This document shows positions 24,814-37,609 of a stretch of DNA of 64,000 nt, in pieces. The stretch is from assembly GCF_001194135.2 (NCBI RefSeq), contig NC_068981.1, positions 139,504,432 to 139,568,431 of the forward strand, given 5' to 3'. Position 1 is the stretch's first letter, and every line of letters begins with the position of its first letter. The translations under genes and the position numbers were made by a program. The stretch comes from Octopus bimaculoides. Lineage: Eukaryota. The notes beneath the pieces were generated by a model. That model was not told the DNA's origin and searched no databases. It saw nothing but the letters and a program-made list of their open reading frames with translations.

Positions 24814-25117
24814 TCATATTGCTAGATCGATAAATATGTCTAAGAGAAAACTTGATTGTGAAAGTGACACTCTAGAAATCCTAAATGTAATCGAATCTGG
24901 TGATGATACTGAACATTTTCTTGAGGAAATTGATAATGCTGATGAGCTTCATCTGGTACTTCATTCACCAAATGATAGCGGTGATTGCGAAGAATCTTCA
25001 GCAAATTTGCGAGATGTTGGTAGAAAGATTCTTGCAGAGAAATGCGAAATTATAGCCTATAGTAAAGCTGTGGAACTTTCGAATTGTCTAATCTTAGAAT
25101 CTGTACATCATATATGA
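24160..25117 (+). mobile_element. piggyBac-like element 5' end with truncated transposase N-terminus
   Basis: TTAA|CCC start at 24156-24162; inverted repeat 24170-24188 vs 24545-24563; acidic ORF 24836-25117 (MSKRKLDCESD..ELHLVLHSPNDSGDCEES) resembling PGBD N-termini; no catalytic domain present. Confidence 0.5.
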
Positions 25118-26094
25118 AAACACAGCCTCCTTCGCATCTGTAATAAACCGAGTGCCTAAGGGCTAATCTCTCAACGAGAATGTCGTTACTGTTACCTTTC
25201 TACAATTGTTTTCTACATCAAACTCTTTAGCGTACCTAAATAAACCTAACTTTATTTTCGCCTCGGTGTTAGATACCATTTTAATTTTTTATCACGGTAA
25301 CTGTTCGTTTCTTTTTAAATGAATAATACTTTGGTGATCAATTCTTAAGAAGTCTTACTTACTTGGAACAATGCATTCAGCTTCTCGTAATAGGCAAGTC
25401 TGTTTTGGTCTCTTGTCTAAAACACCATATAACTCAATATGAAACAATAGACAACATACCTTATTTAGATCCGTTAAAGTGTGAACATTCTAAGATGTAG
25501 TAGATACGCCTGTGTTAAACCATGCCATATTGGTTTATCTGATCAGTACTGTCGATAACTAAGAAGCGTTTGCAGTCTCTTAACTGGCTTTTATGCCGTC
25601 TATATATAACTCCACACAGTCACCAAACAAGTTCAATTTACAAAGGTTTAAATATCGCAAGGCATACAGTTTAACTTTGTTACAGTTCCGTCAATCCACT
25701 GCGATGGATTGACACTAATTTTGTCGAGTCGAAAGAAGGGACAGCAAAGTTGGCCTAGGCAGGATTCGAACGCAGAATGCAGTAAGTTGGAAAAGTATCG
25801 CAAGACATTCTTTTCGACGGTATAAAAATTTCGTCAATTTTGCCAACTCACAAAAAAAAAAAATGCTGCAAATCCTGTTTAAGTATAATAGAACAAAAGA
25901 AATTTATAGGTTATGACAGCAGCAATATTCTCTCACGACCTTATATAATATTTTATGCAGCTACCATATTTTTATAGGATCTTTCTGATTTGGCGAGCAC
26001 CATTTTTTATTTATATTTTATTTAGTGTGTTTTCTACTTGTGTTTCTATACTTATATATTTTGTCTTATAGAACAGATAACAATTTTTGTATTC

Positions 26095-26648
26095 GAAGTT
26101 ATTTCATGTAAAAAAAATGTCGTATTTCGGTAATTTCAACTATTCACTGACGTCTATTGAGGTGAAAACATTTACCGCTGTGGAATGTAAACTACAAGTT
26201 CTAGCGGTGTAATGAGATCTTTTCCCTTGACTAAAATTAGTGCCGTTGTTTGTCAACAACTATCGGCGGTACTCTTATTTATGACATCGTTCGTGGGTTA
26301 GGGTTATGAGTATTTTTGCCACATTTGGTGAAAATCTGTTTAATACACCGACACAAACTTTTTAACCAAATTTGGCAAAAAAACTCCTAACCCTAACCCT
26401 AGCTCTAAAACCCGAACCATAACCCTAAAGCTAAAACCAGTACAAACACACGAACGATGTCATAAATAACAGTACTACCGATAGTTGTTGTTGACAAACA
26501 ACAGCACTAATTTTATTCAATGGAAAAGATTCCATTACACCGCTAGAACATGTTTACATTCCACAGCAGTAATTGTTTTCACCTCAATAGACGTCAGTGA
26601 TTGGTTGAAATTACTGAAATACGACAATTTTAACACGAAATAACTTTC
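26095..26648. mobile_element. Foldback/MITE element with about 200-bp TIRs and inner TTAGGG/CCCTAA motifs
   Basis: 26095-26295 is the reverse complement of 26449-26648; GGGTTAGGGTTA at 26295-26306; CCTAACCCTAACCCTA at 26386-26401. Outer ends and TSD not resolved. Confidence 0.85.
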
Positions 26649-28849
26649 AATAACACTAAGAGTAAAAGATGTTTTATATGACATTCTACTAGTGTCCCAA
26701 GTTTGAAAGTGTTTCGTTAAGAAAACAAGTGGCGCCTGCCAAATCAGAAAGATCCAAAGATTGTTATCAAAGTCATCCAGAGAGCAACTTTGAAGTAATT
26801 TGATCTGTTAGAAAGAATAGTCAAATCTACTTCAAAGCATACCCCGATCTCTTAACAACAATGCGTTGGATAACGTAACTCTAAACGAATTGTCTCAATA
26901 AAAGACGCACTAGAGACGGTTGGAGTATCGTTAATCAGATGTCGGCTCGATCAAGACTGATGTGGGGTAAACAATACCAACATCCAGAATGATACGTGTA
27001 CGCTTAAGCAATTCGTCCGTGAATTGAATATTCTACACATAAATAATACAGCATCGGCCTTGAAAAATAGTGTGAGTGGTACAGCAGAAACAGCTATGGC
27101 TATAGCAAGATATAACAAGATTACCAGACACAACGAAAGGAATATTTGTAATTTCCATAATATAAATGATAAATATCTCTACTGTGGTATACTTTACATT
27201 TTCTGAAACAATACATCCTGTTGTATGAGATTGACCGACTTGAGCTACTTTCAAATATACGTCAAAATGTAACAATAACATCGTAGTGAAGTTTCTCTAA
27301 ATACATCTATTCACACAATAAACTCCTTAATGTAAAAGCTCTGTAGTATTCATATGAATCTCCACGCTTCTTAGAAATTAACAACGCAGAGATACTATAG
27401 AACTTTAGTACAGCATAATGATGTACCCCCCCCCCCCCACACACAGATAACACAATGACATAAACGACAATAGTGTCTGGGTAATTGAAATACCAATACT
27501 GAATGACTATCACGTTGGTTCAAAAGTAAGATGTAAAACCGAGGAATTAAACTGACTTAGAAATTGAATAAAATTCATTATGTTGGAGTTGTACTTGTTC
27601 TGAGATCTTTATTGAAAAGGAATCTATTACATCGGAGAAAAATTAATTTTTAACCATTTAAGAACGTATAGAATCTGCTGTGGGTTCTTTTCGTTTAGTT
27701 ATGTTAATAAATAAACAAAAATATAACTTAAGCGGTTGTGTATGCTCGTAACTCACTGAAACAGACTTTTATGATGCAAAATAAATGTAAGTAATCTAAC
27801 TATCATTTTTTTTGTAATTGGTAAATCGCTCTTCAACACGAAATAAGTCTGAAACCCAAAGACTTATACACATTCAGTTTAAAAAAGCAATTATGGATGG
27901 CTTTTATCTCCTCAGTAAGCATGAAATGCAATCGCGTGACTCTCTAAAAGGTCTACATGATTGAGGACACTCAATCTTGAGGCCTGGTTCGAATGTTTAC
28001 AATAAAGTGGACTCCTCTAAAGACACCCAGCACGCCGGGTGGAAAATACGTGTATCATCTAGAGACCATGGTGGAAAGAGCAGAAACAAATACTGCAAAG
28101 CACACGGTCTAAATTCTTAAAAGTTTCATTATTACACTTTTTATTTACTCCAAAAAACATGAAAGGCAAAGTTTGGCAGGATTCGAACTCAGAAACCGGT
28201 GAGTTGGAACAAACATCAGAGGCATTCTATTTGACGCTATAACAGTTCCATCAATCCTGCACTTCTGCTACCCAACACCTTTCCTACTCACAAGAAAAAC
28301 TGCTGTACTATAAAGCCATCAACATGTTACATGTATATACTCATAAGTACCTTCCAGAAAATAACAACACTGAATTTTGAGGTGATGTTAAAACAATTTA
28401 ACTTGAGTCTTTGTATATTTGTCTGCCAATATAAGAGCAGAAACTTTCATTTTAGCTATTTCAACTTTTATTTCAAACTATGAATACCTCGGCTGTTACT
28501 TGCAATCAAGTGTAACTGGGCGAGGACACGCATCGTGTTCTCACCCAGTCGTGAGTAGAAATTGTCTCGACCCTCATACTAGCAACCCAGTGGAATTTCA
28601 AACACGCAGGAGCGGAAGAGAACGAGAGTTGTTCCTAAACAATTTGAATCGTATTTTATTTCATCAATCCCGTTCAGAATTCAAATCGATGGGATTTTGA
28701 GTAATGAACGTAGAGCCCAAATAAGTACATAAAGGTATTTCGTTCGACGCTTTGACGCTTTTTGTAATTTACTGCCTAACCATGAATAATAATAATAACC
28801 TTAATAACAACAATACTATTAATAATAATATTATCAAAATCAAGCGGCG

Positions 28850-29560
28850 AAAGGAATAATGATACTGATCCCGCAGAAGTTGCATTAACTAAAAGTAAGT
28901 TGCTACAAACTTTAATTACCAATAGCTTTTGGGGGACAAAGTTGGTTCAGATTGCATTAACTCTATGAAAGAACAGATAATATTTGATCAGACAGGCACC
29001 TGAAAAAATATGTGACTGACTCACTCCTCGGAATTGTAAAACATGATATCTATTGCATCATGAAAAGACCAACGCAATTCAAGAAAGAGATTGATATACC
29101 ACTCTACTAACCAACATAAAAAACAAGGTGACTGCCATGTACGTCAAACAATTGATAAAGAAGGCAAAGTACCATGAGTAGTTTCAACTGAAGATACTCT
29201 GGGAAGATAAGATTATATAAATGAATGCAGTGGACCAATTGAAGGCATTCATCCTAATAGCTATAGAGAACCAGGTTGAGCACACAGGACCTGACAATCG
29301 CTGCAGTAGAATGGAATATCGTCATCAATTTCTATCAGAAACTTATTACCAAAGATGAAACAGATCAACAATGTAAAATCTGTGGAAAATATATAGAAAC
29401 TATAGGCTACAGTGTTTCTAGGTATAAGGATCTGGCGAATACACAATACATTCACAGGAATAAAAAGCAGCGGTGCCTACACAGGAAATATGCACCTGAG
29501 AAGTGGAGCGAACCTCAGTACCTGATCACAACGGTATCCTCATCCTTTGGAACATACCTC
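28850..29560 (+). mobile_element. R4/Dong-clade LINE remnant (late RT/CCHC region)
   Basis: QDLTI..NFYQKLITKDETDQQCKICGKYIETI..LANTQYIHRN and NGILILWNIP fit the C-x2-C..ETI-x-H..RH motif; TAA-rich flank at 28785-28830. Confidence 0.65.
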
Positions 29561-31236
29561 ACCACGTACTGATTGAGATAAAAGCTATTAAACCTGATAA
29601 TATTATCAATAGCTGAAAGGATCAGAGAAGCTTACTTATCAACATCACAATAGCTTCTCTTCTAGCTGTTTGATATTCTCTTCTGCCTCCGTTCTTCCAA
29701 TATTTCCAAGTCTGTTTCTTAGATTTATGTAGCTCTAATCACACAACTACTCCTCCTACAAGTTACCTTGCATGAAGCTCGGTCTTGTACTGTGAAAACG
29801 AAACGACCCATAAAAGAACATCCATGAAAGTCACAAAGAAACTAACCAAGTACAAAGTCCTGACGATCGAAATCAATCGGATATGTAGAATAAAAATAAT
29901 AAAATTGATAATTGGAGCTCTATGAATCGTGAAAGAGAGAACGAAAAAGTTCACCAATACAGTCTCCTAAAACATCGATATCTACGCTGTCTAGAAGATC
30001 GCCCAACTGGGAAACTGCCTTAATGCTATTACGTTGATAATTAAGAAGCGTGTTCCTCGTAACGCTTTAGGCTTATGGTATGGACCCTAAGAAGGACAAA
30101 AAAGATAAGAACAACAATAATTATAACAGACATAAAACTAAACATGCTAGTGGATTATAGTTGGTTAAATTGACCTGTCGGGGGTTTAATTTTCTAACAG
30201 TTATGTCTGCCGTTTTTAAGATTCTACTTTTCATAGAATGTAACAGGAAAATTGATGATCGTATAATAATGATATTCAGACTCTATAGTCAATGCCACAT
30301 ATACAGTGTCAAGGCTATAATCGATGAACATGATCCCATATAATACTTAAATGAAAATTATTTTACTGAGTCCGGAACGATGACGGACGAAGTTTAAATC
30401 CGCATGATTTGAACTTAAATCGCAGAGACTTAGACAGATCACCATAATAGGTATTTGTCCGCCGACTCTTCTTGTAGCTCAGCTCGCTATATGTTTATAG
30501 AAGACATTCAATGTGAAGATATAAGATGCATTCAAGCTAGTTCTTATTAATTTAATCTATAGTTCTTTAACATGGAAATTTATCTTTAACTATGTTATCT
30601 TATATCTCGATGTTCAGATATTATATCAGTTGGAAAATTGTAGTAAAAGAACAAAAACAGATAAATTTTCTTTTATATCTAATATGATGTTTGCGCATCA
30701 TTTTGATTATTTTCCTTATTTCATATCCTACAATAATAAAATAAAATGTAAAAAATACATATATAAAATATGCAAAAATTTCTTCTGCAAAAGTGATTGT
30801 ATCAGATACAGCATATACAATTGCGTATAATATGTATATTTATAACACTGGAGAAATCGATAAATAAAGTTAAGCTAAATCTTTTTTTTTTGTTTTCAAA
30901 ACCCAAATATCTATGGGGCAGGTATTTATCTCTGGATTTCGTTGCAGCGGACAAATAGATCTCTTCATGGATAAAGACGTTGCTTTGTCGCAGGCAACTT
31001 TCCTGCCGGATAAATTGAACTCAGCTTTGCAAAGACAACGTGTCACTCATCAATTCAACATTGTGTACAGCATAACAATAGTACTACTATTAAGGAGTTC
31101 GTTTCACGGTGAATTCTTTCTGAGTTTGATAACGTGGCAAGGTGGTACGCAAGGCAAGTATCCTTTTGTTTAACCTGGTGTTGACTAATACTGTGTAAGT
31201 GTTATTTCATTTAGCAAAACAGAAAGCGTAAAGCTA

Positions 31237-31275
<39 letters not shown>

Positions 31276-34200
31276 AAAAAAAGCACACATCACACGCACA
31301 AGAGTATATATCACACACACACATGAATTTTTTTATGAAGAATGGAGCACTCAATATATGCTGTTATGGATATAGTTTACTTAAACCGAAATCTTTTCTC
31401 ATGAAGCAAGTTTCACGCCACAGAGGTCATCGGGGCAACTTTGATTAAGCAAACTTATCAAAGTTATTTTAGGTATGACCAACTCATTTTCGGGTCTTAA
31501 ATAGGATTGCAATAATATGTCCCGTCTTATAGAAGACGCCAGAGTTCCTGCTCTTTTCATTGCGACGGCTACGCTTCAGGCTTTACTAACAGCAAGCTGT
31601 ATTGACGTGTGTCTTTCTCTAGGGCAAATCGATGGTATGAAAAGGAGAGACAGACTTGCATGTATTGGAAACTATTATCTTCCATAAAAAATACTCAGGC
31701 CCATTAGAGAGAAACTACCCAAGTGTAGATCCATGAATACAGAGGTACCTGAGTAGTTCAACAAATAAAATAGAAATCGATAAAATAACCGGTGAAGATG
31801 GTTGATCTCTAATAACCGAAATCTGTAAGTATAAAAGAACGCCATCGTATGGTATATACTTTGAACCAAATGAAATTGACTGTTTGGCATTAAGCTGCTT
31901 CGTTACGCACTCATTTTTGAGACGATGATACGATAGGAAGCTCAAAACCTTTTGCCATGTGTGATATCCATTTGACTCGGTAATTTATACCATCTAAAAG
32001 ATGTTGTAATATATATGTGAGTTTAGATAACTTAATCCTGTCGTATTTCTACATAACAGAAAATACTTTGTTTAGTTGCTATATTACAGTCGTTGTTCTT
32101 GCTTATTTCCAGATCACTTGGTGTATTTAGGACTGCATTGTCCAATGTATCACTCCTTTTGTTACTACACCGGGGTATGCTGTAATGCTACTTCCAGCAG
32201 ATCGTTTTACCGCGAACAACATACCTCGTTGCTTTTCTACTATATTCGATGAATCATATGATGAAGGACGTTCTGACGTTTAAACATATTTTAAACGTAG
32301 GTAGTGAACCTGTGATAAAGTTGGGTGTACTTTTGAAACTCGAACAAACCTTACTTGGAGTTTTCCTACTAATCAGAGTTATTCTCTGCATATAACCTGT
32401 AATATTATGAATAAGAACTTTTGATTAATAAATGTAATGTTCAGTGTTTTTAATATTTTTTCTTTTCTATTTAGCGATAATGTTATCAAAAAGCTTGTAA
32501 TATGTATTGAGTTATGTGTCATAAATGTTGAATTTTATAGAATTATATCATATACGCTATGATATTTTTTTATGATTGCTGCCATTTTTATGTATACATT
32601 TTGAAGCAATTCTTATATAAACTTGTATTGTTATCTGTTATATTCTGGCAAGCACTAATTTATTTGTTAACATCGTATTATATTTGATTTGAAATTCAAA
32701 ACATGTCGGTGTCACACGTTACGAAATTACGGATCAGTTAAGTTAGATTACAAGTTCTCAAAAATAGTTTACTCTGGAGTGAATGAAAGAGTAATTGCAT
32801 TTCTTCTAACATAAATCTTATATATCTCAAACACGAGACAACGAGTGGAACTTCTATGTAGTCAATCCATCTACTAGGAATATCAACCAGATCTCCTTGA
32901 AATATTTTCTTTAACGTCTTAAAAACGAAATAAGTTTAAAATAATGAAAGCCAAGCAGCAGCGTTACTCGACTTACTATAAATAGTAGCAAAATCTCTCT
33001 CAAAATCACACACTTAGATAAAGGAGGCTGCATTGTCTAATGTATCCTAGATCCACTGTCAGAAATAAGACGTACGATAGCAATTGAAATGTTTTTGTAA
33101 TGTTCGATTAAAACTGACTCAGAGCTAAACATCTATGATCAAATGAGATCCGCATGATTGTCGACAATTGTATCTCCTTTAACGATATTCTACTGTAAAA
33201 TGGACTGGTCCACTATCTTTAGGATGCTCTTGGGCCGTACAACTAACAAAAGATTTTGAGATTTAATTCTTGATCTGATTTAACTTAGATTCAAGAAATA
33301 TACGAATTATACAAGAGTGGGCCGCCGACCCAATGTTTTATGGAATGATTCCATAAAAAACTTAGCTCATTATTTAATGAAATACTGTTCAACAACGAAG
33401 TATTTTTGTCTGAATCCCCAAATAAGCTTTTCTAGAATTATTTAATAAAGCAACATTTAAAAAACTAAAACGATGTGATGTAATAGTACATTTGTTTCTA
33501 GAATTCTCGGTTATCACACGACGATACCGCCATCAGAAAAAAACCCTACCAGATATTCCTCATTGTTCCATAGAGCTTTCTGTTTTCAGAATCCTATTTC
33601 ATGTGTGAGTTCCTTATTACCCACAAATGAAAAAAGAAAACACTTCAATTTTGAACTGTAGATGACTTTCTACAAAGTAGAAACTTGGTCCTCATTAAAA
33701 TAAATACTTATATATCTCTGAGGGATCAGCTGATGCACATACAATTATTGTAAATGGAATTTCTTTAAAAAAAAAAGACAAAACAACTTTCAGCTAATTG
33801 TCAATCTTACATTTGCGAAAACGCTACAATCGCTAGCCACTCCACATGCCACAGCACCTTAAACAGATACTACAGCATTTCCTACTCATCAAAATTAGCT
33901 ATTTGTGTAACCCAAGATGCATTCATCACGCCTACTTTTCTTTCCTCTTCTATGTCTGACACCTAAACCAATACAAAACATTTTATCAATTTCTTCTTTT
34001 GCAGAATAACGTTTCTGTTGTATTGTTTCTCTGCATATGTTTTACCCAAAAGCAACTCACTGGAAAAGGTTTAAGTTGAACATTAATTGCATTGATCTCA
34101 CCAGTTTGGGAAAACCTGATAAGGCTATTGGCAATGGCCATCCTTACTGGACAAAATAATAACAATAACAATAAATATCTGGAAAACGTTATATTTACCT

Positions 34201-35973
34201 GCAGGCATTATACAAACAATATGAAATTTATTTTCCGGTAATAATTATGATGCTGCAAAAAATTAGAACAATGAAAACCTTTTCAAATACATCGATATGG
34301 AAAGGGAAAGAAAAAGGAGACAAAGAGGAAGGAATAAGGAAGGAGAAAGAAAACATAGCGGGTAAAAGGAAAATTTAGTTTGGTATTATGTTTTTGTTTT
34401 AGAGTTTTCATGATGAATAATTTCCATTTTTCAGCGACCAGCGTTTATTGAATTTTGGTTGGGGTTTGAGAAACTAGAAAAAGGCGTCTGAACTTCCCTT
34501 GTTCATGAATTTCCGAATAATACTAATGGCGTTAATAATTAAAGCTATTGCAACAGCAAACGTAAACTACGCCAGAGATCCTGCATTCAAACAGAATAAT
34601 ATATCTACACAGCTGCAAGCATTCCTCTGTTTAACACTACGAAAACGTAGTGTTGTCTTTTAGGCATGATTTCTTAGAAAGACCCAATTGCATTATACCA
34701 AGTTACGAAGAACGATACAAAGCAACGATAGAGATTTCATACTGTTAGAAAAAGCAGTCAAGTCATCTCCCAAATCTCTATCTACTGTCTTAGAAAAGAA
34801 GTCCGTAGCTGCTATGTGAGCAGTATAATATGGGTGTGATGCATGCTTAGTACATATTTTATCGAGTTAGATAAAAAATGTAACTCGATATTTTACATAT
34901 CAAGTTACATATAGATGAAAAAGAAAGTTGAACGGGGCACAGTTTTAAATTCAAAACGCAAATTAATATTTAACGCGATAAAGCGTTTTACGACCAATAT
35001 GCCGTCATGTAACCGTATTACATTCAAATAACCTTTCGAATACAGAAGGAAAAATAGAGAACTAATTTTGAGTAAAAAGTGGAATGATAAACATTATAAT
35101 GATAGGAAAACAGAAAGATTAGGTTAATATTTTTAGTTAAATGTTCATATATAGTTACTGTAAACGATGATTACGAGTATAATTAGTAGAGATAGAAAAA
35201 TACATTTTGCGAATACACAAAGATTTTGCTACTGGGGTAAAAGCATGTGTTTTATACTAAATCGAGGATGCTGATTCCGAATCCATACTCAGAATTGTTC
35301 TAGCACGTTAGGATTTTGAGTTATGTACATACGCAATATTATAACTATACTTTCGGTTAGATGTAGGCTGTATTATAAAATTTGCTAAAATGAAAGTGGT
35401 CATAATTCAAAATTAGATGAATAACAGCAATAAAACAAACGATGAGAAAATTCATTATTTAGTTTAGCAATAGATGACGCTGACGTATTGTGTGTAAGCA
35501 CCAAATACGTCAGTTTGTTCTTGGTAACTCACTGTTCGTTGCGCTGCCGTCACGTGTGGTATTTGTATCCCTCGCTCTCCCTGATTACCGTTTTAACTGT
35601 GTTCATTGTGTTTGATCATGAATAGGAGAGGCTGTGTGAATCACCCAGACAACGTTTGTTATTTCTGGGGAAAATTTACTCCGCATTATCAGTGGAAGAA
35701 CATTGCCACCAAATTAAAAACTGCCTCTAAATATTATTTCGGGTGTAAAGTTAGGGACCAAGACAAGAGGTGGGCACCTCATATATGCTGCAACTTGTGT
35801 TACTCAGGGCTTGCACAGTGACTGAATGGAAACCGGAAGGGAATACCTTTTGCTGTAACAGTAGTATGGCGTGATCTAACCAATCATGTCTCTGTTACTT
35901 TTCCATGACTAATATTAATGGTATTTACATTATTTACATTTAACGGATATTTGTCCTCATCTTGTTCGTTGTT

Positions 35974-36019
35974 AGCACATCGTTTCGGCTGATATACCCT
36001 CCAGCCTTCATCAGGTGTC
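35974..36019 (-). ncRNA. Minimal hammerhead motif (core intact, cleavage-site U mutated)
   Basis: GACAC-CTGATGA-A-GGCTG(10 nt)CAGCC-GAA-ACGA-T-GTGCT. Confidence 0.6.
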
Positions 36020-36080
36020 TTGGGGAAATTTCGAACCTGGGTTCTCATTCCTAAGGTATTTTTCGATGTTGTTGTTGTTG

Positions 36081-36119
<39 letters not shown>

Positions 36120-36205
36120 TCACTGCTTGGAATCGAACTCGGAATCTTGGGGTTAGTAGCCCGCGCTCTTAACCCCAAGATTCCGAGTTCAATTCTAAGC
36201 AGTGA

Positions 36206-36237
<32 letters not shown>

Positions 36238-36801
36238 TATTGCTCGGATGCAGTACCAGGCAGTGGCTTTCATGGTTTCTGATCTTAATTGATTGGAAGT
36301 GTTATCATGTACATTGTTTTGCCTTGGTATAAAAGATGGGCTACAGCAAATATTCTGCTTAATACCACAGATTTGCTTGTCAGTTGTTTGACCTTAACCA
36401 GTTGAGCATGTCCCTCGGTGGCTAACGATATGTGCATCTCTGATCATGGGCAGAAGTAGTGGGGGAGCATCATAGCCATGTGTTGAGAGGAGTTCTTTGG
36501 GGTTTGAACAATTCACCTTTGGAAATATGGGTGTTTTGCTCAACATCCTTAAACAAACTTTATTCAGGGACCTTTTGAGCCGGATGAGCTACTCGACCTG
36601 AAGAAAATTCTAACTGGGCCCCACCTGCGAGGTCATGCGCTGTTTATCTTGATATGAGATCACCATGTCACGCACATATGGTTGTGATGCATGTGCCTGG
36701 TGTACCCTTATCAGACAGGTAGTCATGATGGGTATAATGGGCTTCGTAAAATTTACCCCCGTGTCACTTTGAGGGCATACGCTACTCTCTCACTTAATAA
36801 C

Positions 36802-36835
<34 letters not shown>

Positions 36836-36881
36836 TCGAAAAACACCTTAGGAATGAGATCCAGGTTCGAAATTTCCCCAA

Positions 36882-36927
36882 GACACCTGATAAAGGTTGG
36901 ATGGTATATCAGCCGAAACGTTGTGTT
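36882..36927 (+). ncRNA. Minimal hammerhead motif (G8 mutated to A, cleavage site intact)
   Basis: GACAC-CTGATAA-A-GGTTG(10 nt)CAGCC-GAA-ACGT-T-GTGTT. Confidence 0.6.
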
Positions 36928-37397
36928 CACAACAAAGAAGATGAGGACAAATATCCGTCAAATGTGAATAACGTACATAATTCGTCATGTTTTAAATATA
37001 GAACTGTAATATTAATAGTTTCTTAAAGAAAACCAAAGCAAAAACTGTATATGCAGATTGTAAGTCGGCTCTAAAATCGTTCCCACATGACTTCAAGAAC
37101 CCTGTCCCAGTTTCCCTCTCACATAATTGACTTGAAAACCAGGACACCTCGTACGATGAACCCCACGATTCTCCTATCGACGAAGATTACGTAGTTGATT
37201 CTAAGAAAAATGAGCCACGCTTGTTTAATGAAGAAGATTTGAACGATTTAGTAAGAGACCTAGCACTGTCAAAGAAGGAGGTAGAAGTTTTGGGATCCAG
37301 ACTACAGCAACGGGATCTCCTACAGCAAGGGAAGAAAATTTCCATTTTCCGTTCTCGTCATGGCGGCTTATCTATCTTTCTTAAGCAAGAAAATAAT

Positions 37398-37609
37398 TCT
37401 TTCTACTATAGGCACACGGAGAGAAATTTTGGGGAAGGGCTAGTCGATTACATCAATCCTAGTACTCAACTGGTACTTATATTACCGACCCCGGAAGGAT
37501 GAAAGACAAAGTCGACCTTGGCGGAATTTGAACTCAGAACGTAGCGACGGGCGAAATACCACTAAGCATTTCGTCCAAAGTGCTAACGATTCTGTCAGCT
37601 CTCCACCTT
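37398..37609 (-). mobile_element. tRNA-SINE family A inserted in Chapaev transposase, 18-bp TSD
   Basis: CT(T/C)AAGCAAGAAAATAAT at 37380-37397 and 37610-37627. Confidence 0.9.

Larger units (their letters stand above)
35923..37006. mobile_element. Composite non-autonomous retroelement: two head-to-head copies of a tRNA-like head/(AAT)n/HHR-tail unit, 13-bp TSD
   Basis: TSD TAATATTAAT(G/A)GT at 35910-35922 and 37007-37019 (removal rejoins transposase MTNING-FLKK); about 150-bp terminal inverted repeats; B-box GAGTTCGATTCC at 36129-36140 (minus). Confidence 0.85.

Noticed and set aside
26935-27180. Minus-strand hydrophobic ORF with C..S.W.LV and a frameshifted ISLDR, resembling GPCR TM2-TM3
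   Set aside because: Cys-to-DR spacing is about 4 residues too long, a frameshift is needed, and there are no splice signals or other helices; hydrophobic ORFs are common in AT-rich DNA.
30913-31173. 86-aa ATG-initiated ORF
   Set aside because: No recognisable domain; length is within chance expectation.
34199-34252. 54-nt minus-strand segment with strong acceptor and CAG|GTAAAT donor
   Set aside because: Stop codons in all three frames; no other support.
36129-36196. SINE heads as functional tRNA genes (all families)
   Set aside because: No complete cloverleaf; heads run directly into repeat bodies.
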